NCBI GenBank assembly: GCA_025451195.1
Contig: JANWKV010000006.1
Coordinates: 1-62,918 of the forward strand
Direction: 5' to 3'
Origin: Candidatus Microgenomates bacterium
GTDB lineage: Bacteria; Patescibacteriota; Microgenomatia; Levybacterales; UBA12049
Length of the DNA: 62,918 nucleotides
The first letter of the stretch is position 1; the number at the start of each line of letters is the position of its first letter. Under the pieces are notes generated by a model that had not been told where the DNA came from, did not search any database, and saw only the letters and a list, made by a program, of their open reading frames with translations. Shown one piece after another: positions 38,966 through 48,774 of this stretch. The position numbers were made by a program, and so were the translations under genes.

Positions 38966-39817
38966 ATGAACGCGAAAAAAATTATTATTTCGGCAATTAT
39001 TATGATTGTTGCGCTTTTCCCCCAATCTATTGGCCGTGCTGTTGCACAAACAACGCCTGATACTACAACTAATACAACAACCAACATTACAGCTGCAGTA
39101 ACGCAAAATCCTAAAAAATTGGTTGCCCAGGATACACGCGTTGCCAACCTAAAACAAAGGGCGGACACGGAAATCGCCAGAAGAGTTGATTCGTTAACCG
39201 ATATTAATACCAAAATTTCAACAATCAAACATATTACAAGTACGCAAAAATCCACTTTTACATCAGCGGTTTCCGCAGAAATTAATAATCTTAATACTTT
39301 AAAAACAAAAATTGATGCTGATACCGACATTACAACTTTAAGAACCGATGTAAAATCTATAGTTGATTCCTACCGCGTTTATGTCGTATTTCTCCCTCAA
39401 CTGCGGATGATTGTTGCGTCTGATAAAATTCTTAACATTACCGATACAATGAACGACTTTGCAACCAAACTTGCGTCACGTATTGCGGCAGCAGAAAATG
39501 CAGGAGCCGCGACTACCGATATAACATCTATGCAGATGCTTTTGACCGATATGCAGCAAAAAATTTCAAATGCGGTTGTACAGGCTAATAATGTTATTAC
39601 AACAGTTTCGGGATTAACTCCAACCGGTTATCCGGGAAATAAAACTTCTTTGCAGTCAGGGAGAACTATGCTCCAAACAGCACGTCAGGATTTAACTACT
39701 GCTATGCAGGATGCAAAAAAGATTATTCAAGATCTTAAAAGCCTTAAAACAACCAATACCACAACTTCTTCAACCAGTCCTACTTTAGTACCGGTTAGTC
39801 CCACTCCTTCTTCTTAA
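38966..39817 (+). CDS. secreted alpha-helical coiled-coil protein
   Basis: signal peptide, RADTEIARRV..L and YRVYVVFLPQ, long helices. Confidence 0.75.
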   Translation: MNAKKIIISAIIMIVALFPQSIGRAVAQTTPDTTTNTTTNITAAVTQNPKKLVAQDTRVANLKQRADTEIARRVDSLTDINTKISTIKHITSTQKSTFTSAVSAEINNLNTLKTKIDADTDITTLRTDVKSIVDSYRVYVVFLPQLRMIVASDKILNITDTMNDFATKLASRIAAAENAGAATTDITSMQMLLTDMQQKISNAVVQANNVITTVSGLTPTGYPGNKTSLQSGRTMLQTARQDLTTAMQDAKKIIQDLKSLKTTNTTTSSTSPTLVPVSPTPSS

Positions 39818-39822
39818 ATATC

Positions 39823-41598
39823 TCAGAAGATAATTCTGGCTCCACCTAATTCATCATAATCAAAGGGATGTTCATGGTGAATTGATCCAATAAGAATTCT
39901 ATTCTTCCTGATCTTAAATTTTTTCGCGATTAAATCAATCGCGTGTGGCCCAAATTGCTCGTCTAAAAAAACAGGCTCAATATTAAAATCCGGATAAACT
40001 CCCGCCCGTTTTAGAGCGGGTAATATTTCTTCTGTTAATTCCTGAAATTTTTTTATATTTCTTTTTGGCCGTAATTCTTCATTGTTATCACATTGTACTA
40101 AATAAATATGATGACCAATCTCATTTGTATCTATGTATTTTAAAATTTTATAAAGTCTATTTAGATGATGGAAAAATACCACAAATGTTCCTTTTCCCGT
40201 AAGATCCTCATACCATCGTGCTATTATTTTATTAACAGCCGGAACTGTACGAGTAGCCCTTATCATAAACCGCAAAACATAATCTATATAAATTGTCCCA
40301 AATACTAGAATAATTGCGGGGACAAAATAAGTAAGAAAATAATCCAGATTAACAGGATTTAACCTTATGTTACCGATAATCCCTGCTGCTGTTGACAAAA
40401 ACGCAATAATAACAAATGCAAGAGGTGCCTGATAAGTCCTTTTAAGATCCTTCCTTGTTTCCCGCATAATCAAATTTCCAAGCGCAAATAACGTCATAAC
40501 GCAAAGGAATGCAATTGTATATACTCCTACCAAAGAAAGTAAATTTCCCTTAGTAACTAGTAGTATTGAAGAACACAAAAGGAAAAATGCAACTATAATA
40601 TAAGGATACGAACCCTTTTTATTTACTTTTGCTAAAGGTTCGGGGAAACATCCGTCTGTTGTCATACGGAAAATTAGTCCGCTTACTCCGACAAAAGCAG
40701 TTAATACAGCACCGGCAAGTACCAACATTGCATCAATTACAACTATTGTTTGAAAAATATCCCCTCCCATTGCGAGTGCTGTGTTAGAAAGCAGAAAATC
40801 CTGAGTTTTAAGAATTGAGCCAAAAGGCATAACATTTAAAACGATAAGGGCAATAAGAGGATTAAATATCGTAACGCCTATCAGCATGTTTCGAAGGGTT
40901 TTCCTAAAAACTCCTCTTTGCTGTTCTTCTACAAAATTGGCGGAACTTTCAAATCCGGAAACACCAAGAAGTGATGCTGCAAATCCAAAAAAGAGGGCTG
41001 GGAATAAACCTCCAAGTCTGGTTATTAGCGGAATTGAAGAGTGTAAATTTGCATTAAGGAATGAGTGTCCACCGTGTAATACGTAAAAAAGACCAAATAA
41101 GGAAAATGCAGAAAGGACAACTATGTGGAAAGAAAAAATTCCAAGTGCAACTTTTGCAGAATCTTTAATGCCCGATATTACAAGACCTGCAAAAAGCGCA
41201 AGAAGAGCAACCGTCAAAGGTATAATCGGCACACGAAGCATTGAATCCAAATATTGTATTGCCGATTCGCCAGATATTACGGCGGTTGCTATGTAGGATA
41301 AAATGGTCATCGTACCCGCAACTGCAGCCGCATTTTTGGTAGTTGCATTAAGTAAACAATTGTATGCGCCGCCGTTGGTAGGTAATGCCTCAACAACTTC
41401 AGTATAAACCGATTTATAAAAAAACAAGACGCCGCCAATTACCGCAAGAACAATTGGCGCCAGTATGCCGGCATAAACAATTGCTATTCCGGAAACATAA
41501 AAAGTGGAGCTTAAAATGTCATTTCCGCAAATTGCAGTTGCAAACCATTGATTAAGACGTGTATGCTGCTTTACTTTACCGGGATTATCTTTACTCAT
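39823..41598 (-). CDS. APC family permease
   Basis: AICGNDILSS, NGGAY and SGFESSANFVEE; about 12 TMs plus a cytoplasmic C-terminal domain. Confidence 0.9.
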   Translation of the reverse strand: MSKDNPGKVKQHTRLNQWFATAICGNDILSSTFYVSGIAIVYAGILAPIVLAVIGGVLFFYKSVYTEVVEALPTNGGAYNCLLNATTKNAAAVAGTMTILSYIATAVISGESAIQYLDSMLRVPIIPLTVALLALFAGLVISGIKDSAKVALGIFSFHIVVLSAFSLFGLFYVLHGGHSFLNANLHSSIPLITRLGGLFPALFFGFAASLLGVSGFESSANFVEEQQRGVFRKTLRNMLIGVTIFNPLIALIVLNVMPFGSILKTQDFLLSNTALAMGGDIFQTIVVIDAMLVLAGAVLTAFVGVSGLIFRMTTDGCFPEPLAKVNKKGSYPYIIVAFFLLCSSILLVTKGNLLSLVGVYTIAFLCVMTLFALGNLIMRETRKDLKRTYQAPLAFVIIAFLSTAAGIIGNIRLNPVNLDYFLTYFVPAIILVFGTIYIDYVLRFMIRATRTVPAVNKIIARWYEDLTGKGTFVVFFHHLNRLYKILKYIDTNEIGHHIYLVQCDNNEELRPKRNIKKFQELTEEILPALKRAGVYPDFNIEPVFLDEQFGPHAIDLIAKKFKIRKNRILIGSIHHEHPFDYDELGGARIIF

Positions 41599-41625
41599 AC
41601 TACATTTTAAATTTTTCTATAAAAC

Positions 41626-41654
41626 AAAAAAATAAATCCGAGAAAATCCCGGAT
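41626..41654 (-). terminator. intrinsic terminator downstream of the LUD gene and upstream of the APC permease
   Basis: minus strand ATCCGGGA-TTT-TCTCGGAT followed by a T-rich tract. Confidence 0.55.
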
Positions 41655-41741
41655 ACGTGTATTATAAATATGTGTTTTACAATTTTCAATAAGGAGTTGT
41701 TACTTTTTGACAACAATCTGAAAAGAGGCTGAATTAAAAAT

Positions 41742-42365
41742 TTAGAACCCCAATAATTCTTTTACAAAAATTATATGAAGGCGACCGGTTACAAGTTCTT
41801 TATTTATAATTAGTAATTTACTAACGTTGCTATTCCAACTATCCGGCAACCCATAAGCTTTACGGGAGCGTTTTGATTCCAAGGGCAGAACATATTCGTA
41901 AATTCTTTTCATGCCTTCATCAAAATCTTTAACAATTTTTTGTGTACCAACAACCCAAATTACATGTGCGGATGCATATGCATACGCCGGCAACTGACTG
42001 CCTGTATTTGAGGCTATAACTACACGCCCGTCTTGTGTTACTGCATGCACACTGCCAACCGTATATTCCGGTGCTGCGCCTAATTTTTGCATTTTTAGAG
42101 AATCTGTTTGCCTATTCATTGCATTAAGTTTTTGTCTGACCGAATCGTATTTCCCGGATTCGTTTATTTCTTTTGGGATACCGATTGTATCAAGGGTTAC
42201 AGATGTCATTGTCATCACTTCTTTCTTTTCAGGAACAAGCGATAAAACTTTCTGCTTTGCCTCATCCCCGTTTTCGGCAACTTCTGCTGTTATTCCATTT
42301 TTAGATAGGGAATCTATTGTTTTTTTTATTACATCATCTGCCGGAAGAGTTGTCCATTTATCCAT
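41742..42365 (-). CDS. LUD (LutC/YkgG) domain protein
   Basis: SVTLD, GSVHAVTQDG, ASNTGSQL, VVGTQKIV and E.LGF. Confidence 0.85.
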   Translation of the reverse strand: MDKWTTLPADDVIKKTIDSLSKNGITAEVAENGDEAKQKVLSLVPEKKEVMTMTSVTLDTIGIPKEINESGKYDSVRQKLNAMNRQTDSLKMQKLGAAPEYTVGSVHAVTQDGRVVIASNTGSQLPAYAYASAHVIWVVGTQKIVKDFDEGMKRIYEYVLPLESKRSRKAYGLPDSWNSNVSKLLIINKELVTGRLHIIFVKELLGF

Positions 42366-42391
42366 AAATTCATATTAACATTAATGCTTCA

Positions 42392-42412
42392 TTTTGTAAA
42401 GTAGTTACAAAA
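42392..42412. promoter_or_regulatory. palindromic operator between the divergent LUD and HxlR genes
   Basis: TTTTGTAA-AGTAG-TTACAAAA overlaps the -35 (TTTACA) of the LUD promoter; a second copy is at 52582. Confidence 0.65.
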
Positions 42413-42451
42413 AGTATAGTAATTTTTGACTTTTTGTAGTATAATCCCATT

Positions 42452-42754
42452 ATGGATAACCCTTGCGGTATTGCAAAAACATTAAAAATAATCGGAAGTA
42501 AATGGTCTATGCTCATTTTGCATAATCTTTTTGACGGCAAAAAGAGATTTGGAGAATTACAAAGGCATTTAGAAAAAATTAGTCCAAAAACGCTGTCAAT
42601 AAGACTTCAGGAACTTGAAAAAGAAGGAATTATAGAAAAGAAAATATTTGCCGAAATTCCACTACATGTGGAATACAGCTTAACTCCAAAAGGAAAATCT
42701 CTTCAAGAGATTTTTAAACAAATGGATAAATGGGGACTGAGTTCGGATTGCTAA
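42452..42754 (+). CDS. HxlR-family winged-helix regulator
   Basis: C at position 5, IGSKW, KRFGEL, ISPKTLS.RL.ELE and VEYSLT.KG. Confidence 0.93.
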   Translation: MDNPCGIAKTLKIIGSKWSMLILHNLFDGKKRFGELQRHLEKISPKTLSIRLQELEKEGIIEKKIFAEIPLHVEYSLTPKGKSLQEIFKQMDKWGLSSDC

Positions 42755-42757
42755 GCA

Positions 42758-42928
42758 TTAGGATTTTCTTACCATATCAAGCAAAATCACTGCCACGCAA
42801 ATTATTAACCCGAGCCATGCCATACCCAGAGACGGAATAATAGAAACCGCTAAAATTCCAAGACCAAAACCGAAAAGGCTATGCATAATAACATGCGGTG
42901 TAAAACACGCTTTCATTTTTTTATCCAT
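42758..42928 (-). CDS. small membrane protein
   Basis: two TM segments and an H..MHS motif; GGAAGG SD upstream of ATG 42928. Confidence 0.6.
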   Translation of the reverse strand: MDKKMKACFTPHVIMHSLFGFGLGILAVSIIPSLGMAWLGLIICVAVILLDMVRKS

Positions 42929-43056
42929 TTTCATTACCTTCCGTCCCAGATTTGTTAATTCAGATAGCAAGGTCAGGCCAAATCTTTAAATTTACGTGCG
43001 CCTTACTTTCTTTTTTACTTTTAATTAGTGTAACAAATATTTGTTATAATTTGTTT

Positions 43057-43626
43057 GTGGAAGATCTAAACAGGAAAAGTGTTAATTTAGAAACAGCAAC
43101 GCTTGGAGGCGGATGTTTTTGGTGTACCGAAGCAATTTTCAGAAGACTTAATGGTGTTATTTCTGTTATGCCCGGGTTTTCCGGCGGTAAAAAAGAAACC
43201 GCAAATTACGACAGAATCCATTCCGGCACAACAGGGCATGCGGAATCAATTCAGATTGAATTTGACCCTACTCTAATTCCTTTTGAAAAAATTTTGGATG
43301 TTTTTTGGCACACACACAATCCAACCACATTAAACAAGCAAGGAGCAGATGAAGGCACGGAATATAGATCTGTTATTTTTTACCATGATGAAAAACAAAA
43401 AGAAATAGCGGAGAAATCAAAAAAAAAGGTGGAACAATCCCGTCTTTATAAAGAACCTATTGTAACCGAAATTTCTCCGTTTACAGGATTTTATCCTGCG
43501 GACGCACACCACAGGGAGTTTTATGAGAAAAACAAAAACAGCCCGTACTGTACATTTGTGATTGATCCGAAAATTCAAAAACTTTTAAAAGAATTCGGAA
43601 AAGATGTAAAAGAAGAATACAAATAG
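43057..43626 (+). CDS. msrA: peptide methionine sulfoxide reductase A
   Basis: GGGCFWCTE, TGHAE, QGAD.G.EYRS and PYC; start GTG 43057 lies 6 nt after TATAAT. Confidence 0.95.
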   Translation: MEDLNRKSVNLETATLGGGCFWCTEAIFRRLNGVISVMPGFSGGKKETANYDRIHSGTTGHAESIQIEFDPTLIPFEKILDVFWHTHNPTTLNKQGADEGTEYRSVIFYHDEKQKEIAEKSKKKVEQSRLYKEPIVTEISPFTGFYPADAHHREFYEKNKNSPYCTFVIDPKIQKLLKEFGKDVKEEYK

Positions 43627-43630
43627 CGGA

Positions 43631-44179
43631 CTAGATTTTTCTTTTAAGTTTTTCTTTGTAAATAATCATTCCAAATCCCAAAGCAATCATTATAATCCAG
43701 GCAAGGCTGATTTGCTTCATTAATGAATCTTCCCTTTTTTCAACTTCCCGTAGCGATCTTCCTGCCAAAACAAAACCAGAATTTTGTCCTTTAAAATGCA
43801 CTATAACTGTGGCTATTCTTATGCCGTTTTCCGGCTGCCAGGTAATTCTGTCTTCTTGATTTTTTTTCACATAATCAAAAACTCCGCTTGGGGGAACAGG
43901 GATTTTTCCGTTGAGTAGGCCTGAGGATTGAATTGGTAAATCATTATCATTATATGTAATAAGAAATGGGGAAATGCTTGTTATTAAATTAACTTTTGGT
44001 GCAAAAAGTGCTTGGGGCATTTCATTTATAGATAGTTCTACTGCCCCATCTTCTGCCATTTGGATTTGTGGATCATTTGCACTTTGGCGAATGTCTTGTT
44101 GGACGGCAATATAAACCAAACCGCAAACAAAAGTCGTGAAGATTATTAAAATAACAAACAAAAAGAAGCTTTTTCTCAT
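43631..44179 (-). CDS. membrane protein with two TMs around a Cache-like extracytoplasmic domain
   Basis: TM-QQDIRQSANDPQIQMA...VLAGRSL-TM. Confidence 0.65.
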   Translation of the reverse strand: MRKSFFLFVILIIFTTFVCGLVYIAVQQDIRQSANDPQIQMAEDGAVELSINEMPQALFAPKVNLITSISPFLITYNDNDLPIQSSGLLNGKIPVPPSGVFDYVKKNQEDRITWQPENGIRIATVIVHFKGQNSGFVLAGRSLREVEKREDSLMKQISLAWIIMIALGFGMIIYKEKLKRKI

Positions 44180-44197
44180 AAGTAAAGTATAACACTA

Positions 44198-45352
44198 TTA
44201 ATTACGCCTTCCAAAATATCCGCTTGATGTTTGGGAGTATGGACGGCTTCCTTCCATACCTCTTTTTACAGATCTGTCTTCCTCTTCTCTCATCTCATCA
44301 GCCAATGCAGTCATTTCTTCGGCTGATACAACAGACAAAGACAATCCCTCGGGGTGAATTTTAAGATATTCATCCAAATCTTCGATTTTTGCATCATCTA
44401 AAAGTTTTTGAAGCTTAATTGCAGCAAGCCTTGTTGCCCTTTTTATTAAACGGGCTAATTGGTCACCGCTAAATCCTTCTGTTGATCGTGCAACCTGTTG
44501 CCAATATTCTTCCTGATGTTTTATTTTTTCTTCTTGTGATAAATCGCCTGCCGGTATATCTGCAAAAATTGGCGCACCGTAACCTGCTTCTTCTGATGCT
44601 TTTCTTATTCTATCTCTATGAATTGTCAATATTTCTATTCTGTCTTCCTCATTTGGATTTGGTACTTCAATTTTTCTTCCAAAACGTCTTCTTGCTGCAG
44701 GATCCATTCCATCCGGCCTGTTTGTGGCACCAATAACATAAATCTGCTCATTATTTTCATGTGCTCCATCCATCTCTGTAAGAAGCGCGGAAAGAGCTGT
44801 TGTATGCATACTGTGACTTGTTGGTCCGTCCCTGTCCATAAAAAGTCCGTCTGCTTCGTCAAAGAAAATAATAACCGGCCTTCCTGACTCTTGGGAAAGT
44901 TTTCTTGCAAGTACAAAAAGTGCTTTTATGTTTTGAGGGGTTTCATTTACCCATTTGCTTGCCAAATCCTGATAATTAACAATTATCACAATCGCCCCAG
45001 TCTCTCCAACCAATGCTCTTGCCAATTCAGTTTTCCCGTTACCGCTTGGTCCCCATAAAAGATATCCTCTGTCTACCTGTGCGCTAACAGCAAGATGAAC
45101 TTTTGATCCTTTAATAATAGTTGCTAATTCTTGCAGTGCTTCTTTTGCCTTTTTATTACCCCCAATATCTGCAAAAGTCCTATCCGATTGTTCAACTACC
45201 GTAACTTTTGACCTAATATCCGATTCTTCTTCTTTTTTTCCAAAATTAAAAAGTTTACCAAAATCGTTGGATAAAATCCCTTTTATTTTTTCTTCCTTTA
45301 AGCCCGTTTCTCCTTCTGGAGAAAAAGGTTTTTCAATTACTTCTTCTGCCAT
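44198..45352 (-). CDS. single-domain classical AAA ATPase (CDC48/FtsH-clade-like, no protease or TM)
   Basis: FADIGG, Walker A GPSGNGKT, pore loop SKWV, Walker B FFDEAD, SRH GATNRPD.MDPA.RRRF. Confidence 0.88.
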   Translation of the reverse strand: MAEEVIEKPFSPEGETGLKEEKIKGILSNDFGKLFNFGKKEEESDIRSKVTVVEQSDRTFADIGGNKKAKEALQELATIIKGSKVHLAVSAQVDRGYLLWGPSGNGKTELARALVGETGAIVIIVNYQDLASKWVNETPQNIKALFVLARKLSQESGRPVIIFFDEADGLFMDRDGPTSHSMHTTALSALLTEMDGAHENNEQIYVIGATNRPDGMDPAARRRFGRKIEVPNPNEEDRIEILTIHRDRIRKASEEAGYGAPIFADIPAGDLSQEEKIKHQEEYWQQVARSTEGFSGDQLARLIKRATRLAAIKLQKLLDDAKIEDLDEYLKIHPEGLSLSVVSAEEMTALADEMREEEDRSVKRGMEGSRPYSQTSSGYFGRRN

Positions 45353-45358
45353 ATATTC

Positions 45359-45386
45359 CTTTCCATACTCATTTGAGTATGGAAAG
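45359..45386. promoter_or_regulatory. perfect 13-bp inverted repeat over the ribosome-binding region of the AAA ATPase
   Basis: CTTTCCATACTCA-TT-TGAGTATGGAAAG, 6 nt from the ATG. Confidence 0.7.
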
Positions 45387-45453
45387 ATTTTATATCAACA
45401 GGCAAAATTGTACTTGATATTTTCCTTACAAACTACTAACAATTAGTATACTT

Positions 45454-46074
45454 ATGGTTATTCCAACAATAACTTATCAAGAAAAACTTTGGAGAAAAGG
45501 GCTCTTAAATATTGCGGGAGTGGACGAGGTTGGCCGCGGTCCCTTGGCAGGTCCCGTAATGGCAGCTGCAGTTGTTATAAATAACAAAAATCAGGTTGTA
45601 AAATCTGTTAGAGACAGCAAATTAATGAGTAGCTATCAAAGGGAAAAAGTTTTTTTAGAGATTTGTGATAAATCTTCAGCATTTGGAATAGGAAAAGTCG
45701 AAGCCCTTGAAATTGATAAAATTGGAATCCATGTTGCGACAAAAAAAGCTATGCTTAAAGCATTAATTGAAGTTGAAAAAAAATTGAGACAAAAATTAGA
45801 TTATGTTTTGGTAGACGGATCAAAAACAATGCCTCTTGAAAGTTTCCCACATGAAAGAATATTAAAGGGCGGACTTTATCATTATTCTATTGCTTGTGCT
45901 TCTGTTATTGCAAAAGTTACAAGAGACCGGCTAATGGAAAAATTGGCGGAATTTTATCCGGAGTATAATTTTGAAAAACATGCCGGATATGGAACAGCAA
46001 TCCACTTACAAAGAATAAAACAATTTGGTCCATGCCCAATCCATAGAATGTCTTTTGCCCCACTAAAAAAATAA
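45454..46074 (+). CDS. rnhB: ribonuclease HII
   Basis: GVDEVGRGPLAGPV, DSK, ASVIAKVTRD, GYGT and HRMSF. Confidence 0.97.
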   Translation: MVIPTITYQEKLWRKGLLNIAGVDEVGRGPLAGPVMAAAVVINNKNQVVKSVRDSKLMSSYQREKVFLEICDKSSAFGIGKVEALEIDKIGIHVATKKAMLKALIEVEKKLRQKLDYVLVDGSKTMPLESFPHERILKGGLYHYSIACASVIAKVTRDRLMEKLAEFYPEYNFEKHAGYGTAIHLQRIKQFGPCPIHRMSFAPLKK

Positions 46075-46090
46075 ATTAATTTTTAAACGC

Positions 46091-46128
46091 AAAACCAGCC
46101 GGATATGAAATATCCGACTGATTTATTT
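46091..46128. terminator. hairpin terminator between convergent genes
   Basis: CAGCCGGATAT-GAA-ATATCCGACTG flanked by A and T runs. Confidence 0.7.
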
Positions 46129-46144
46129 CCTGTCTTTAACGATC

Positions 46145-46603
46145 TTATTGAGTTGGTGACGGCGAGCCGGATGCTCGACCAAATCTCATTTCCGGATTTA
46201 ATTGAATATTTTGAGCTGTTACTGACCCGTCTGAATTTTGTGTTCCGACGACCGCAACTGTTTCTCCTGTTTTAAGATCATTTTTTGTTCCCGGTGCAAA
46301 CTTGTTAATAGAAGTACTGCTGGAAACTATGACTATTTTTGTGCTTCCGTCTGTCATTTTTACTGTAATACCGGTTGCATCACTACTTATGATTTGTCCG
46401 ATAACAGGGCGTGCTCCACCTGTGCCGGCGCCGCCAAATCTACTTCCTGAGCCTGCACCGCCAAAACCACCTTGTCTTGAAATAAATGTCCCATTTCCAC
46501 CAAATCTTGGCTGTGATTTTTGATATTGCATGCCTCCAAAAAATCCCGCTCCTAATGCAACAACGGCAACAATTATGGTTATAATAATTGCATTTTTCTT
46601 CAT
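46145..46603 (-). CDS. DUF5666-like OB-fold protein, TM-anchored and Gly-rich
   Basis: GFFGGMQY, G.I.S.D...ITVK..DGS and LK.G..V.V.G..NSDGSVTA; AGGAGG SD before ATG 46603. Confidence 0.8.
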   Translation of the reverse strand: MKKNAIIITIIVAVVALGAGFFGGMQYQKSQPRFGGNGTFISRQGGFGGAGSGSRFGGAGTGGARPVIGQIISSDATGITVKMTDGSTKIVIVSSSTSINKFAPGTKNDLKTGETVAVVGTQNSDGSVTAQNIQLNPEMRFGRASGSPSPTQ

Positions 46604-46698
46604 ATTTTCACCTCCTATCTCTAAATATTTATTTATAGATTGCATAGGATGCCGAATATTCTTTTGAGTATTCGGCACCCTTCTTTTTTTCGAATTTT

Positions 46699-46765
46699 TT
46701 ATTCATCTCTTAACGCTTCAATTGGAAAAAGATTGGCCGCTTTTTGGGCCGGCCCGCCTGCCAAT
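46699..46765 (-). pseudogene. degenerate duplicate of the 3' end of the ABC permease gene
   Basis: encodes ..GGPAQKAANLFPIEALRDE* versus the permease end YPARKAANLSPIEALRYE*; the two stops are exactly 100 bp apart. Confidence 0.8.
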
Positions 46766-46798
46766 GCAATCAAAATATTGTTTATGCAAATTATTATC

Positions 46799-48022
46799 TT
46801 ATTCATATCGCAATGCTTCTATGGGAGATAGATTTGCGGCTTTGCGGGCAGGATACCATCCAAATAGAATTCCTATTCCACCAGATACAACTATTGCCAA
46901 AACAACCGCAAACCAAGAAAGTACAAAAGGCAAATGTAAAACAAACAATGAAAGTACATAGGATATCGCAATTCCCAAAACCATACCAATAATTCCTCCG
47001 ACAAAAGTTAAAATAATTGCTTCAACTAAAAATTGTGTAATGATTGTTTTTTTCATCGCACCAAGTGCTTTACGCAAGCCTATTTCTCTTATTCTTTCTG
47101 TTACTGTAACAAGCATGATATTCATAATTCCAATTCCACCTACTAAAAGAGATATTGCTGCAATACCTGACAAAAGTGTTGTAAAAGTACCTGTTACCTG
47201 ATCTGCGGCTCCTAAAATATCTGATTGGGACAAAATACTAAAATCCGCTTTTGCCGGATCAGATAATTTGTGTTGAGCCAGCAAAAAATACCCTGCTTCA
47301 TTTTCCGCATTTGTCATAACACCTGAAGATTTTGCCTGCACCGCAATACTGCTTAAATAATCAACTCCAAATATTTGTTTTTGTGCTGTCTGAAGCGGAA
47401 TAAAAATAGTATCATCCGGATTTTGGAAACCGCTGCCTCCTTTACTAACAGTTACACCAACAACGTGAAATGCAATCCTATTTATACGAATGGTTTGACC
47501 TAAAGGATCTGCACCATTAAAAAGATCGGAAACTACTTGAGGGCCGAGTACCGCATCCTTAGCTAAAGAGCTATTTTCCTGATCTGTGATAAAAGTACCT
47601 TCACTAAGAGAAACATTATGAACTGTTTGGTAGGCTGAAGTAACCCCGATTACATTTGTGTTTGTGTTTGCTCCTCCTGCTGTAACCTGCGAACGTTTGG
47701 AAAATTCCGGAGAAATATTTTGAATATCAGGAATTGATTTGGAAGCAATCATTGATGTTGCATCTGCATAGGTAAGCGACTCACCAGATCCCGCGGCTTG
47801 TCTTATTCCTCCTGTTGTTTGTGCCCCGGGCAATACTGTTAACAAGTTTGAGCCAAGCGACTGGATTTGCGATTGCACAGACTGTTGGCTTGCCTGACCT
47901 AAAGAAATTAATGCAATAACACTGCTAATTCCTATAACAATACCAAGCATTGCAAGGCTGGTTCGTAATTTATTTACCGTTAGGGTTTGCAGACTTTCGG
48001 TAATTGTTTCAAAAAGTTCCAT
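46799..48022 (-). CDS. MacB/FtsX-type ABC transporter permease
   Basis: LRT.L.MLG.VIG, GGIGIMNIMLVTVTER.REIGLRKALGA and PIEALRYE. Confidence 0.95.
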   Translation of the reverse strand: MELFETITESLQTLTVNKLRTSLAMLGIVIGISSVIALISLGQASQQSVQSQIQSLGSNLLTVLPGAQTTGGIRQAAGSGESLTYADATSMIASKSIPDIQNISPEFSKRSQVTAGGANTNTNVIGVTSAYQTVHNVSLSEGTFITDQENSSLAKDAVLGPQVVSDLFNGADPLGQTIRINRIAFHVVGVTVSKGGSGFQNPDDTIFIPLQTAQKQIFGVDYLSSIAVQAKSSGVMTNAENEAGYFLLAQHKLSDPAKADFSILSQSDILGAADQVTGTFTTLLSGIAAISLLVGGIGIMNIMLVTVTERIREIGLRKALGAMKKTIITQFLVEAIILTFVGGIIGMVLGIAISYVLSLFVLHLPFVLSWFAVVLAIVVSGGIGILFGWYPARKAANLSPIEALRYE

Positions 48023-48026
48023 AAAG

Positions 48027-48767
48027 TTATTGCTCTACCTGCATTATCTTTTTTGAGATTTTTTGATGTTTATTTATCTCATCTTTTATTATTTTCCCGT
48101 CTTTGATATGAATAATTCTTTTTGCATGCTCTGCAATATCTGGTTCGTGTGTAATCATAACAATTGTGTGTCCTTGTTTGTTTATATCTTGGAAAATAGA
48201 CATTACCTCTTCTGCCTGAGCAGATGCAATATTGCCTGTAGGTTCATCAGCCAAAAGCATTGCAGGATTCATAACAAGAGCCCTAGCTATTGCAACGCGT
48301 TGTTGTTGGCCTCCGGAAATTTGATTTGATGTATGAGACAACCTGTGACCAAGGCCAACCATTTCTAAATATTTAGTTGCAATTTCTTTTCGTTTTTCAA
48401 GAGAAATTCCTCCATAGCGCATAGGAAGCATTACATTCTGCAAAATTGTTGTTCTTGGGAGTAAATTAAATGCCTGAAAAATAAAACCTATTTTTTTGTT
48501 TCTAATTACAGCCAACTGATCGTCCGTAAGTTTTTCAACATTCTCACCATCAAGGATATATATTCCGCTTGTCGGAGTGTCTAACGCTCCAAGAATATGC
48601 ATGAGTGTCGATTTACCACTTCCAGATGGGCCCATAATGGCAACAAAATCTCCATGATCGATGGTAAAGCTTACATCACTAAGAGCAATTGTTTCCATTG
48701 CTTCTGTTTTGTAAATTTTAGAAATATGAGAAACTTGAATCGCTGCATTTGATTTTATGGATTTCAT
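48027..48767 (-). CDS. MacB/LolD-type ABC transporter ATP-binding protein
   Basis: [32 protein letters not shown] and ITH; start set at ATG 48767. Confidence 0.95.
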   Translation of the reverse strand: MKSIKSNAAIQVSHISKIYKTEAMETIALSDVSFTIDHGDFVAIMGPSGSGKSTLMHILGALDTPTSGIYILDGENVEKLTDDQLAVIRNKKIGFIFQAFNLLPRTTILQNVMLPMRYGGISLEKRKEIATKYLEMVGLGHRLSHTSNQISGGQQQRVAIARALVMNPAMLLADEPTGNIASAQAEEVMSIFQDINKQGHTIVMITHEPDIAEHAKRIIHIKDGKIIKDEINKHQKISKKIMQVEQ

Positions 48768-48774
48768 TAACTTA

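Noticed and set aside
41599..41741. Riboswitch upstream of the APC permease
   Set aside because: Only a terminator-like hairpin is visible and no aptamer motif was recognised; it is explained as the LUD gene terminator.
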